Assembly (NCBI GenBank): GCA_963729715.1 | Contig: CAVSPA010000005.1 | Coordinates: 352,001-416,000, forward strand | Length of the DNA stretch: 64,000 bases | Source of the DNA: an uncultured delta proteobacterium | Lineage (GTDB): Bacteria > Desulfobacterota > Syntrophia > Syntrophales > UBA2185 | Direction of reading: 5' to 3' | Part shown: in pieces, positions 32,422 through 42,163 of the stretch | Layout: each line of letters starts with the position of its first letter | Position numbering within the stretch: the stretch's first letter is position 1 | Notes under the pieces: generated by a model | What the model was told of the DNA's origin: nothing | Databases searched by the model: none | Seen by the model: only the letters and a program-made list of their open reading frames with translations | Program-made: the position numbers and the translations under genes

Positions 32422-32715
32422 TCACCTCAGCCACACATCAACGAATGTCAGCCCGATGAGCAGTGTCAGGGCTAACAGGGCGATGCTCAGCATTCCTTTC
32501 AGAAGTTTTCCTTCATATTTGAGGTGCATGAAGAAGGCGAGGACGATGCCAGCTTTGACGGAAGCGATCGCCAGGGACCCCAGGGCGCTAAACTGCGCGA
32601 GCAGACGTAGCTTTGCCACGGCAAGGGTGGCGGCCAGCAGAATGAGAAGGGCCACCCAGACGGCAGCGTACGTTCCGGTGGGGACTATGTGATCCTTTGC
32701 ATATTTCTCTTTCAT
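32422..32715 (-). CDS. Cytochrome c oxidase subunit IV
   Basis: Three hydrophobic segments, IASVKA..V..FFMHLKYE. Confidence 0.9.
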   Translation of the reverse strand: MKEKYAKDHIVPTGTYAAVWVALLILLAATLAVAKLRLLAQFSALGSLAIASVKAGIVLAFFMHLKYEGKLLKGMLSIALLALTLLIGLTFVDVWLR

Positions 32716-32724
32716 GGTTGTTCC

Positions 32725-33330
32725 TTAAGTAATTAGGTAAAAAAGCGGATAGAGGTAAATCCACACGATATCGACAAAGTGCCAGTAGAGGCCGGTGTTT
32801 TCTAGCCGTGCATAGTTCTCCCGGTTGATCGTTTCTCTCCGCGTGAAATAGAGCATGAAGGAAATGACGACGACCCCGACCAAGACGTGGAGCCCGTGGA
32901 GGCCGGTCATGACATAGTAGAGGCCGAAAAAGAGGATCTCCCCTTTAGCGAGCGCGAGCAGTACGGGAGAATCCGGATAGATCCCCACGGTGATCTTAGC
33001 GCTCCACTCGAAATACTTGATGATGAGAAACGCGACCCCCATGAGAATCGTCGCAAGCTGGAGGATCATGGAAGAAATTTTCTCCCCCTTTTTTATGGCC
33101 GCAATCGAAAGTGCGATGGTGAAGCTGCTTGTGAGCAGGATGACTGTGTTGATTGTCCCCATGATGACGTTCTCCCCGGCGGCGGCGGAATGGAAATCCT
33201 GGGCGTACTTGTAGCGGAATATGGAATAGAGGAGGAACACGCCGCCGAAAAAGAGTATCTCCGTAAAGAGGAAGAACCACATCCCCATCTTCTTTCCCAG
33301 CTTGTCGATATGTCCCGTTTCCGTGCTCAA
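32725..33330 (-). CDS. coxC: Cytochrome c oxidase subunit III
   Basis: GMWFFLFTE, NT..LLTSS, TGLHGLHV, YWHFVDIVW. Confidence 0.93.
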   Translation of the reverse strand: MSTETGHIDKLGKKMGMWFFLFTEILFFGGVFLLYSIFRYKYAQDFHSAAAGENVIMGTINTVILLTSSFTIALSIAAIKKGEKISSMILQLATILMGVAFLIIKYFEWSAKITVGIYPDSPVLLALAKGEILFFGLYYVMTGLHGLHVLVGVVVISFMLYFTRRETINRENYARLENTGLYWHFVDIVWIYLYPLFYLIT

Positions 33331-33334
33331 TCTA

Positions 33335-34957
33335 TCACTTCGCCTCCTCTTCGTATGAGTAGGGCCGCCGCGTGATTATGGGGATCTCCTGAAAATTTTC
33401 GCGGGGCAGGGGCGAGGGGATGGTCCACTCCAGTGTCTTTCCGCCCCATGGATTTGCGGGGGCCTTGTCGCCTTTGAATATTGACCGGACCAGATTAGCG
33501 AAGATGATGATAAGACCGATGGCCAGAAACCACGAGCCCATGGTGGAGATCACATGTCCCATCTGATATTGCGGCGGGTAATCGAAATACCTTCTCGGCA
33601 TCCCTTGGAACCCGAGGACGAACATGCTGAAGTAAAGGATGTTGAAGCCGACGAAGAGGTTCAGCCAGCCGATCTTGGCGAATTTCTCGCTGTACATCCG
33701 GCCGGTGATCTTGGGAAACCAGAAATGGAGCGCTGCAATGATGGAGAAGCCGGCCCCACCGAACATGACATAATGAAAATGCCCGACGATGAAATAGGTG
33801 CCGTGGAGATGGAGGTTTGTCGCCAGGGCTCCGATGATAAGACCCGTAAGACCGCCAATGGAAAATAGGAAAATGAAAGACAGGGCGAAAAGGAGGGGTG
33901 CGTCGACTGCGATGGAACCCTTGTAGAGGGTGGACAGCCAATTGAAGATCTTAACACCGCTGGGCACAGCGACCAGGAAGGTGACGAAGGAGAAGACGAC
34001 ACGGGCGGTGTCGCTCATACCGCTGGTGAACATGTGGTGGCCCCAGACGGCATAGCCGACAATGGCGATCCCAAGGGCCGACATGCAGATGGCGGTGTAC
34101 CCGAAGAGGGACCTTCTCGAAAAGACAGGGATGATCTCGCTGATGATCCCCATGGCCGGAAGAACCATGATGTAGACGGCGGGGTGGGAGTACATCCAGA
34201 AGAGGTGTTCGTAGAGGATCGGGTCGCCTCCCTTGTTTGGGTCGAAAAACCCGACGCCGAAGAAACGGCCCAGGAATATGAAGAGCAGCGTAATGGCCAG
34301 GACCGGCGTCGCGAGCATCTGCACCCAGCCCGTGGCGTAGAGCGTCCACGGGAAGGCGGGCATGCGGAACCAACCCATCCCTGGGGCCCGCATCCTGTGA
34401 ATGGTGGTTACAAAATTGAGACCCGTAAGAATTGACGAGAACCCAAGGACAAAGACCCCCATAACGGCTATCGAGATGTTGGCCGGCGTCTGGATGCTAT
34501 ACGGGGCGTAAAATGTCCAGCCCGTATCAGGTGGCCTGCCCTTTATGAAGACGGACAGTAGCACAAGTATGGCGCCGGTCACATAGAGCCACCAGGACAA
34601 CCGGTTGATCTTCGGAAAGGCCACGTCCTGTGCCCCGATCAGGATGGGAAGAAAAATATTCCCGAAGGCGACGGGGATTCCCGGAATGATAAAGAGGAAT
34701 ATCTGGATAACGCCGTGGACGGTGAAAAATTCGTTGTAGCCCTGCTGGCCAACGAGCCATCCCGGCGAGAGGAGGCTGAGCCGGATGATGAAGCCCAGCA
34801 CAACACCTACGCAAAAGAAGGAGAGGAGAGCCATCAGGTACATGACACCGATCCGTTTGTGATCCGTGGACATCATCCACTCCGCGATAAGCCATCGGTA
34901 TCTTCCCGTTCGTGCGTAATAACTGGCCACGTCGAGCGTTTCATTTCTCAGCATCAT
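33335..34957 (-). CDS. coxA: Heme-copper oxidase subunit I, A2 type
   Basis: STDHKRIG, TGWTFY, WMYSHPAVY (YS motif, no Glu), WGHH, HFHY, GMPRRY. Confidence 0.96.
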   Translation of the reverse strand: MMLRNETLDVASYYARTGRYRWLIAEWMMSTDHKRIGVMYLMALLSFFCVGVVLGFIIRLSLLSPGWLVGQQGYNEFFTVHGVIQIFLFIIPGIPVAFGNIFLPILIGAQDVAFPKINRLSWWLYVTGAILVLLSVFIKGRPPDTGWTFYAPYSIQTPANISIAVMGVFVLGFSSILTGLNFVTTIHRMRAPGMGWFRMPAFPWTLYATGWVQMLATPVLAITLLFIFLGRFFGVGFFDPNKGGDPILYEHLFWMYSHPAVYIMVLPAMGIISEIIPVFSRRSLFGYTAICMSALGIAIVGYAVWGHHMFTSGMSDTARVVFSFVTFLVAVPSGVKIFNWLSTLYKGSIAVDAPLLFALSFIFLFSIGGLTGLIIGALATNLHLHGTYFIVGHFHYVMFGGAGFSIIAALHFWFPKITGRMYSEKFAKIGWLNLFVGFNILYFSMFVLGFQGMPRRYFDYPPQYQMGHVISTMGSWFLAIGLIIIFANLVRSIFKGDKAPANPWGGKTLEWTIPSPLPRENFQEIPIITRRPYSYEEEAK

Positions 34958-35783
34958 ATTCCTTGCCTTTGCGATATCTTTTGGACGTCACCTGGAGGTA
35001 AATAAAAAAAGTTACCATGGCAATGAGCGTGATGAGGCCGACTACTGCCATGAAATCAAAGAATTTACTTTGCCCAGGCGGTTCATGGGAGAAGCAATAC
35101 AGGAGGGCTTTCCTGATCCCCGTGACGGCCTTTCCCTGGGAGGCCTCGGTGAGGGCCATGTTAAGGTCAAAAGAAGAGAAGCTGATAGGGTAGGCCGCAC
35201 CGTACTGGAACTGCGTCACATAGTAATAACGCGATATTTTTCCGTCGGGGGCGAGGAATACCAGCACCACGGGGTGGCTGAAACCGTGGATGTCTTTCCG
35301 GTAGTTGAAACCCACGGCCTCGGTCAACCTGTGAATGCTCTCCTGCTTGCCCGTCAGAAATTTCCACCCGTCTTCGGGAAAAGACTTTCCGATGGCGTTT
35401 ATGTAATTCTTCTTTGCCGCCTGAGCAATCTTCGGGGTATCTGCCTCATCAAAGCTCACGGTAATGACCCTGTAGTCTTTGCCTGCGGCAACAGCCAGCC
35501 TGGGCAAGGCCTGCGAAAGACCCCCCAGCATCAGCGGGCAGATATGTTCGCATGAGAAATAGACAAGGGTCAGAATGACGGGTTTCCCCAGGAGATTGCC
35601 CAGTTTCACCTTGTCCCCCTTTTCGTCGTAGAATACGAGATCGGCAGGAACGATTTGCCCCGTCTTTTCCACGATGCCCATCTCTTCCGGTTTGGCATCG
35701 CCGGTACCCAGGGTTTCATGTCCATAAATGCTGCCCGCAGAAAGAAGAACTCCCAAAAATATGAACCATAAAAATTTTCTCAT
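34941..35783 (-). CDS. SCO1/SenC family copper chaperone
   Basis: YFSCEHICP (CxxxC), VSFD, conserved His in FSHP. Confidence 0.9.
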   Translation of the reverse strand: MRKFLWFIFLGVLLSAGSIYGHETLGTGDAKPEEMGIVEKTGQIVPADLVFYDEKGDKVKLGNLLGKPVILTLVYFSCEHICPLMLGGLSQALPRLAVAAGKDYRVITVSFDEADTPKIAQAAKKNYINAIGKSFPEDGWKFLTGKQESIHRLTEAVGFNYRKDIHGFSHPVVLVFLAPDGKISRYYYVTQFQYGAAYPISFSSFDLNMALTEASQGKAVTGIRKALLYCFSHEPPGQSKFFDFMAVVGLITLIAMVTFFIYLQVTSKRYRKGKEYDAEK

Positions 35784-37699
35784 TTATCCACCTCTTTTCT
35801 CTGCCGCTTACCCAGCCTCCAGAACCACCACCATCCCAGCAGGTTGATCCCGACCAAGAGGAATGCAAAAGCGGCGATGATGAAGAACATGCCAGGGGAA
35901 AGCCCGGGGCGGTTGATCATGGCCCGGTCCACCCCGTTCAGGCTGAGAATGTAGGCTTCGAGATCGGCAATCTGCTGTTGCGTTAGCCCATTGGTGTCCC
36001 CGAAGGGAAGCATGCTGACCTGGGGATTTGCTCCTTCCGGCCGGGAGCCGTGCTGTATGTAGACATCGATTTTTTCGGCAAATGCCTTCGGGTCCGGGCT
36101 GAATAGATCACGGTCAATCGGGTTGAGCAGCGGAATCGTCCCGTCCTTTGAACCTGTATTGGGGACATTCCCCATTCCATGAAGGCCGTGGCACGAGGAG
36201 CAGGTTTTCTCGAAGAGAATGTCGCCGTGATCGGCGCTACCGATAATATTAACAGCCACACCAGGCTCCCCGTGCGTGCCTGCGGGGGCTCCGGCAACCG
36301 GCGCTACAGACACGGTGGAAGCTGCTGCCGCTGTCGTTCCCTTGAGGGTGAGAAGGTAATCGACCAGTTGATTGATGGGCGTATCACCCAGGACCGCAAA
36401 AGAAGGCATGACGGTTGCGGAGTCATGGGCCTTCGGATTGCGGAGATGGTCTCTCAGCCACCGGCGGGAACGTCCCTTGATACCTTCCCCGGAAAGATCG
36501 GGTCCGAGGCTTCCGCCTGCGCCGTCTATGCGGTGGCAGGCGACACATCCCTGAGACTTAAACAGGTCGCTTCCCGCCTTTTCGTCGGCGGAGAGGGCTA
36601 CCGGCGCCGCAGCGGTCGGCGGAGCTGACATCCCCCCGCTCTGTACGCCCTCGGGCTTGCCATAGGCTCCGGCCAGTGTGAGAGCGATGAAGCTCGCCAA
36701 GACGATGACCCAGCCTGCCATGGCTATGGGTCGCTTTAAAGGGTGACGCTCCTGGTCGCGGTCCACAAACGGAACAAGGAGCAGGATCAGGGTGCCTATT
36801 ACAGGAATCCCGATGGTGACAATCACCTCGAGTTGACCGGGGAGAAACTTCAGCGCCTCATAGAAGAAGAGGAAGTTCCACTCCGGCTTTGGTATATAGG
36901 AGGCATCCAGAGGGTCCGCCATACCTGCGAAGGGGGGGGGGGCATAGACAGTAAGCCCCACCAGGAGTAGGATGATCAGGCTCGCCACAAGGCCGTCCTT
37001 GAAGACTTGGTCCGGCCAGAAGCGTCCCTTCTTCTCACGCCCTTTTTCATCCCAGGGGCCCGCGTTCCCGACCTTCCTGAGGGCGACCAGGTGGATAGCG
37101 ATGATCGCAAACAGGGCGCCGGAGAGAATGGCGGCATGGAGAATAAAAAAGCGGGAGAGTGTGAGCTGGCCGATGACACCGCCACTCAGCATCAGCCGCT
37201 TGATCATATCGCCGATGACTGGAACCGTACCTGCGCTGCTCGCTGACACTTCCACGAGCCAGTAGCTGCGCTTGTCCCACGGGAGAGCCCCACCGGTCAG
37301 GGTCATGGCCATGGTAATAAGGAAGAGGAACACGCCGGTGACCCACTGCAGTTCATGGGGTCTCTTGTAGGCCCCCCAGATAAAAACCTGGGACATGTGT
37401 AGTATGACAAGGACCACCATGACATTGGCTCCCCAGCAATGAAGCCCGTGGATCAGCCAGCCGAAAGGCACTTCCGTGCGCAGGTAACCGAGGCTGTTGT
37501 ATCCCTGGCTAAGGGTAGGGACGTAATAGAAGAGCTGCCAGATGCCAGTCACAACCTGCAGAAGGAAAATGATCAGGGCGGCGCTGCCGAATACGTAGGC
37601 ATAGCCGGCTCCTCCGGCCATTTCTTCTTCCAGAGCCAGGCGGATGAACGGGGAAACGGGCCAGCGCTCATCGATCCAGCGAAGAATACGGGAGACCAT
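35780..37699 (-). CDS. Cytochrome b (unsplit) fused to two cytochrome c domains
   Basis: Heme b His in GLHCWG..ILHM and ILHA..IHL; PEWN Qo motif; CVACH and CSSCH; C-terminal TM anchor. Confidence 0.92.
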   Translation of the reverse strand: MVSRILRWIDERWPVSPFIRLALEEEMAGGAGYAYVFGSAALIIFLLQVVTGIWQLFYYVPTLSQGYNSLGYLRTEVPFGWLIHGLHCWGANVMVVLVILHMSQVFIWGAYKRPHELQWVTGVFLFLITMAMTLTGGALPWDKRSYWLVEVSASSAGTVPVIGDMIKRLMLSGGVIGQLTLSRFFILHAAILSGALFAIIAIHLVALRKVGNAGPWDEKGREKKGRFWPDQVFKDGLVASLIILLLVGLTVYAPPPFAGMADPLDASYIPKPEWNFLFFYEALKFLPGQLEVIVTIGIPVIGTLILLLVPFVDRDQERHPLKRPIAMAGWVIVLASFIALTLAGAYGKPEGVQSGGMSAPPTAAAPVALSADEKAGSDLFKSQGCVACHRIDGAGGSLGPDLSGEGIKGRSRRWLRDHLRNPKAHDSATVMPSFAVLGDTPINQLVDYLLTLKGTTAAAASTVSVAPVAGAPAGTHGEPGVAVNIIGSADHGDILFEKTCSSCHGLHGMGNVPNTGSKDGTIPLLNPIDRDLFSPDPKAFAEKIDVYIQHGSRPEGANPQVSMLPFGDTNGLTQQQIADLEAYILSLNGVDRAMINRPGLSPGMFFIIAAFAFLLVGINLLGWWWFWRLGKRQRKEVDK

Positions 37700-37710
37700 A
37701 AAAAAACCTC

Positions 37711-38244
37711 CTACACAGGGATTTTTTCCGGGGTGCCGCTCTTGAATTGTATCCATTTCACGTAGAGCTCACCGTTCTCAATCTTTGTCGGGAGGGTGTC
37801 GAGACGGCGGGGAGCGGGTCCACCCAGGACAGTTCCGTCAAGCGCAAACACACTGCCGTGGCACGGACATTCGAAATGCGCGCTCGCCGGGTTCCAGTTA
37901 AAATGACAGCCGAGATGGGTGCAGATGGGGGAGAACACGGTTATCTCTGTGTCACTGTTCTTGACTGCCCATAAGTGACGGATCACAGATTCCTGCACGT
38001 AGGCATCCACCTGCACGCCGGCTGCACTCACGTCTACTGGCCGCCCCACAGGTAGTGTTTCTATGTCGGCAACCTTGATCCAGGTTGTCTTCATGGTCAT
38101 GAAAGCCGGTCCAACGAATGAACCGATAAGGGGTATCCCCACGACTATCCCGCAGAGCACGGTCAGGATGCCTGTAGCCCATTGCAAAAATAGCCGGCGT
38201 GTGCTCTCTGTTTGGTTTTCTACGGGTGTGTTGGCCTCTTCCAT
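37711..38244 (-). CDS. Rieske iron-sulfur subunit of quinol:cytochrome c reductase
   Basis: Tat motif TRRLFL, CTHLGC, CPCHGS, GPAPRRL. Confidence 0.95.
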   Translation of the reverse strand: MEEANTPVENQTESTRRLFLQWATGILTVLCGIVVGIPLIGSFVGPAFMTMKTTWIKVADIETLPVGRPVDVSAAGVQVDAYVQESVIRHLWAVKNSDTEITVFSPICTHLGCHFNWNPASAHFECPCHGSVFALDGTVLGGPAPRRLDTLPTKIENGELYVKWIQFKSGTPEKIPV

Positions 38245-38371
38245 TTGTCCTCCTTGTAATCATTACATGATGCCCATTCTGAATAACGTCCACTCCCTTG
38301 GTGGGAAGGGGTGTTAAGTCTCTCCCTCCAATAACTTCTTTCAGAGCTACCACTCTCAAAATTGCAGGTCA

Positions 38372-38698
38372 CTACTTGAACGTCTTCAGGACATACTCGG
38401 CAATAGCCCTGGCCTCTTTGTCGGGAATCGTCTTTTCATCAAACTGCGTCATCCCCGGCCCGGGGTTCCTAATCTTGCCGACCATGTCGGCAGGCTTCCT
38501 GATGCCGTTTACCTCTAAGACTTTTTTATTGATGGGCTTGGCGGGATTGATGATATTCCCGCCGTTCGCGTGACAGACGGCGCAGTTCTTTACAAATGCC
38601 TGCTCGCCCTGCGAAACTTTTGCAGCATCCGCCCGCGTGCCTAAGCAGAGCAAAACGATGAACAGTATAGCCATCCACGCCATAAAAACTTTTTTCAT
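38372..38698 (-). CDS. Periplasmic monoheme cytochrome c (c6-like)
   Basis: Signal peptide, CAVCHANGGN, GPGM axial Met. Confidence 0.9.
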   Translation of the reverse strand: MKKVFMAWMAILFIVLLCLGTRADAAKVSQGEQAFVKNCAVCHANGGNIINPAKPINKKVLEVNGIRKPADMVGKIRNPGPGMTQFDEKTIPDKEARAIAEYVLKTFK

Positions 38699-38759
38699 TT
38701 TACATCTCCCTTTATTTAATGGCCGGGCTGCATGGGATTTTCCCGCACATCGCGGCGCT

Positions 38760-40307
38760 TTATGCCGGTTTGCAGTGCACAGTAACTCCTCTTTCCTCCG
38801 TTTCGTAGAGCGAGGGTGTCAGCCAGTTCCGGCCGTCCCGTGCAATCAGAATCGCCGCCGGTTCGATGACTCCTGTTCCCGCTGGATAATTTGGAAAATC
38901 GGGCGGCGCCGAAAGTTCCCATGCTTCGAGGATCGGCGTCATGAGCGCCCATGCGGCCTCTATCTGATCGGCACGTTTGAAGAGTGTCCCGTCACCGAGC
39001 ATGACGTCAACGAGCAGTGTTTCATAAGCTTCCGGCGGTTTAGCATTGAAGGCTTCACAGTAGAAGAAATGCATATCCACGGGGCTCAGGTGTATCTGCA
39101 GGCCGGGCCGCTTCGCCTGAAAACGGAGTATGATCCCTTCGTCCGGCTGGATGCGTATCATCAGGCGGTTGGATAGAAAGTCCCGGACCGCCGTAGCGGG
39201 AAACGACTGGTGCGGTGCGGGCCTGAACTGTATGGACACCTCTGAGATGCGGTGTGGGAACCTTTTCCCCGTGCGGAGGTAAAACGGCACGTCCTGCCAC
39301 CGCCAGTTGTCGATAAAGAATCTGACTGCCGCGAAGGTCTCTGTCGTTGAATCGGGTTTCACCCCCGGCTCATCGCGGTATGCCGGCACACTCTGCCCGT
39401 CGATCCATCCAGAGCCATACTGCCCCCTCGCAGCATACTCGTGGACGTGGTCCCGGTTTATCGGGCGTATCGCACGGAGCAGGTCTGTCTGTTTGTTCCG
39501 GATTTCATCGGCGTCGAAGGAAACGGGCGGCTCCATGGCGATCATGCAGAGGATCTGAAGAAGATGGTTTTGGATCATGTCCCTGAGGGCGCCCGTTCGA
39601 TCGTAATAGGCCCCTCTGTGCTCGATCCCTACCTGCTCCGCCACTGTTATCTGCACGTTGTCGATGTACCGGCGATCCCAGACCGGCTCGAAAAGGGCAT
39701 TGGCGAAGCGGAACGCGAGGATGTTCTGCACTGTCTCCTTGCCGAGGTAGTGATCGATCCGGAATATTTGGGATTCGTCAAACGCTGCTGTGAGTACCTT
39801 GTTCAGGATCCGGGCAGCCGCGAGATCACGGCCGAAAGGCTTTTCCACGACTATCCGGGCATGTCTGTAATCCCGTGCAAGACCGGCCATGCCCAGCTGC
39901 CGGGGGATGACCGAGATCATCTGTGGAGGTGTGGCGAGATAATAAATCCTGATTGCCTCGCCGTTCCACCCCTGGTTCAGGTCACTTAAATGCCGGGCCA
40001 GGGCTTGATAGCATTCGGCATTCATAAAATCCGCGACCCGGTAGTGGAGAGACGAGGCGAAAGTTTTCCATAATTCGTCACTGGGTTTTTCCTGGCGCGA
40101 AAACTGCTCAACGCCCCCCCGGAGATGCTGACGGAATTCTTCGTCGCTCATCTTCTTCACGTCCATTCCCATGATCACGAATCTCTCGGGCAGCCACTGG
40201 TCGCGGAAAAGACTGTAAAGGGCGGGGATGAGCTTCCGCCAAGTCAGGTCGCCGCCGGCGCCGAAGATTACGATGACTACAGGGTTTCCGTTCTTCGATC
40301 TTTCCAT
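38760..40307 (-). CDS. zwf: Glucose-6-phosphate dehydrogenase
   Basis: [34 protein letters not shown]. Confidence 0.97.
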   Translation of the reverse strand: MERSKNGNPVVIVIFGAGGDLTWRKLIPALYSLFRDQWLPERFVIMGMDVKKMSDEEFRQHLRGGVEQFSRQEKPSDELWKTFASSLHYRVADFMNAECYQALARHLSDLNQGWNGEAIRIYYLATPPQMISVIPRQLGMAGLARDYRHARIVVEKPFGRDLAAARILNKVLTAAFDESQIFRIDHYLGKETVQNILAFRFANALFEPVWDRRYIDNVQITVAEQVGIEHRGAYYDRTGALRDMIQNHLLQILCMIAMEPPVSFDADEIRNKQTDLLRAIRPINRDHVHEYAARGQYGSGWIDGQSVPAYRDEPGVKPDSTTETFAAVRFFIDNWRWQDVPFYLRTGKRFPHRISEVSIQFRPAPHQSFPATAVRDFLSNRLMIRIQPDEGIILRFQAKRPGLQIHLSPVDMHFFYCEAFNAKPPEAYETLLVDVMLGDGTLFKRADQIEAAWALMTPILEAWELSAPPDFPNYPAGTGVIEPAAILIARDGRNWLTPSLYETEERGVTVHCKPA

Positions 40308-40310
40308 GAT

Positions 40311-41726
40311 TCAATCTTCCTCCCACTTTGTATGGAAGACGCCTTTCTCATCCACCCTCTCATACGTGTGGGCCCCGAAGTAGTCCCTCTGGGCTTGGAT
40401 GAGGCTGGTCGGCATCCATGCACTTCTGTAGCTGTCGAAATAAGCCAGGGCCGCCATCATTCCCGGAACCGGAATCCCAAGGTTTGCGGCGGAACAAACC
40501 ATGCCCCTCAGCTCATGCTGGTATGCCGCCACTTGTCGTCCAAAGCCGGGGTCTACAAGCAAATTCGGGAGATCAGGGTTTTTTTGATAACTCTCGCAGA
40601 TATCTTCGAGAATTGCCGCGCGGATGATGCAGCCGCCCCGCCAGATGCGGGCAACATCCGCAAGGTTAAGATTGTAGCCATATGTCGCAGAGGCCTTGCG
40701 GAGGAGGGACATCCCTTGGGCGTAAATAATGATGAAGGCGACCCGCAGCGCCTTTTTTAGCGCGCTGATAAAGAGATCACGTTTTCCACGGTAGGGCGGA
40801 GAAGGCCCTGTCAAGATACGGCTTGCTTCCTCCCTTTCCGCTTTGTAGCCGGAAAGGTCGCGCATAAAGACAGCGGCATCAATTATAGGAACAGGGACCT
40901 GAAGGTCCATGGCTGTCTGTGACGTCCATTTCCCGGTCCCCTTTTGACGGGCCTCGTCAAGGATAACATCAATGAGCCTCCTGCCAGTTTTTTCGTCCAC
41001 ATGGCAGAAGATATCGGCGGTGATCTCCAACAGGTAAGAATGAAAAGACCATCCATTCCAGCTCTCGTATACCTCGGCCAGTTCATCGTCCGTAAGGCCT
41101 ATGCCCCGCTTCATTAGGTCATAGGTTTCGGCGATGAGTTCCATGAGGCCATATTCAATGCCGTTGTGAACCATCTTCACGAAGTGTCCCGCAGACCCTG
41201 TCCCCAGATAGGTGACGCAGGGTTCCCCCTGCACTCGGGCGGCCACTGACTCAAAAAGAGGCCGCACCCTTTCATAGGCCTCCCGCTCCCCTCCGGGCAT
41301 GATGCTCGGACCGTGGCGTGCACCGTGCTCTCCGCCGGAGATGCCGACACCGAGAAGCTGAATCCCAGCCCTTGCCAGAATTTTCTGCCTCAAGTTTGTA
41401 TCGGTGAAGTGGGAATTGCCGCAATCGGCAACGACATCTTTCGCTTCCAGAAAGGGAAGGATGTCCCTGATGACGTCATCTACAGTGGGGCCTGCAGGGA
41501 CGAGCATGATGACGGCCCGCGGCGATTTCAGAAGCGCCATATATTCTTCCAAGACCCGCGCGCCCCGGATATGCCTCCCGGCCGATTCAGCGTGGAGGGC
41601 ATTGACCTTCTCATGGTCTTTGTCGTAGCCGGCTACCGCATATCCATGATCGGCCATGTTGAGAAGCAGGTTGCGCCCCATGACACCGAGACCGATCAGG
41701 CCTATTTCGTACTTCTGTTTACTCAT
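40311..41726 (-). CDS. gnd: 6-phosphogluconate dehydrogenase (decarboxylating)
   Basis: GLGVMG, SGGE.GA, KMVHNGIEY, QKGTG, QRDYFGAH. Confidence 0.97.
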   Translation of the reverse strand: MSKQKYEIGLIGLGVMGRNLLLNMADHGYAVAGYDKDHEKVNALHAESAGRHIRGARVLEEYMALLKSPRAVIMLVPAGPTVDDVIRDILPFLEAKDVVADCGNSHFTDTNLRQKILARAGIQLLGVGISGGEHGARHGPSIMPGGEREAYERVRPLFESVAARVQGEPCVTYLGTGSAGHFVKMVHNGIEYGLMELIAETYDLMKRGIGLTDDELAEVYESWNGWSFHSYLLEITADIFCHVDEKTGRRLIDVILDEARQKGTGKWTSQTAMDLQVPVPIIDAAVFMRDLSGYKAEREEASRILTGPSPPYRGKRDLFISALKKALRVAFIIIYAQGMSLLRKASATYGYNLNLADVARIWRGGCIIRAAILEDICESYQKNPDLPNLLVDPGFGRQVAAYQHELRGMVCSAANLGIPVPGMMAALAYFDSYRSAWMPTSLIQAQRDYFGAHTYERVDEKGVFHTKWEED

Positions 41727-42163
41727 CTTCTTTTCTCTCTTTCCACAATTTTCGACCCGGCGACCCAGGTCAATGGTCTCCCTTCATGGCCTCTGGTCAT
41801 AGATTAGGAGCGTGCATGGCTTGGTAATCCAAATCTTCATCTCAGAAAATAAAGCTGCGAAACTTAAAATCATTTTAACTATAGCATCGCCGCCTGTTCA
41901 GTGCTTATCCTTACAGTTTCAGGCTTTTTTTTCCATCGGCGTAATACTTAATCTGACTAATCCAATGTCTTATTTTGTCTCAGGCAAGGGATGAGAAAAA
42001 ATCCCTTGTAGGGATAGGCAGTTCCGATGTAATGTCATTCAGTGCGAGAAGCAGGCACACCATCCTTTTTTCGCATGCCTGCCATATTTTTCCGAATGAA
42101 CTGTGTTTTATGAATTATCTCTGGCGAAATGTTCCCTACCGGATTCAAAAAGATATTTAGTTA

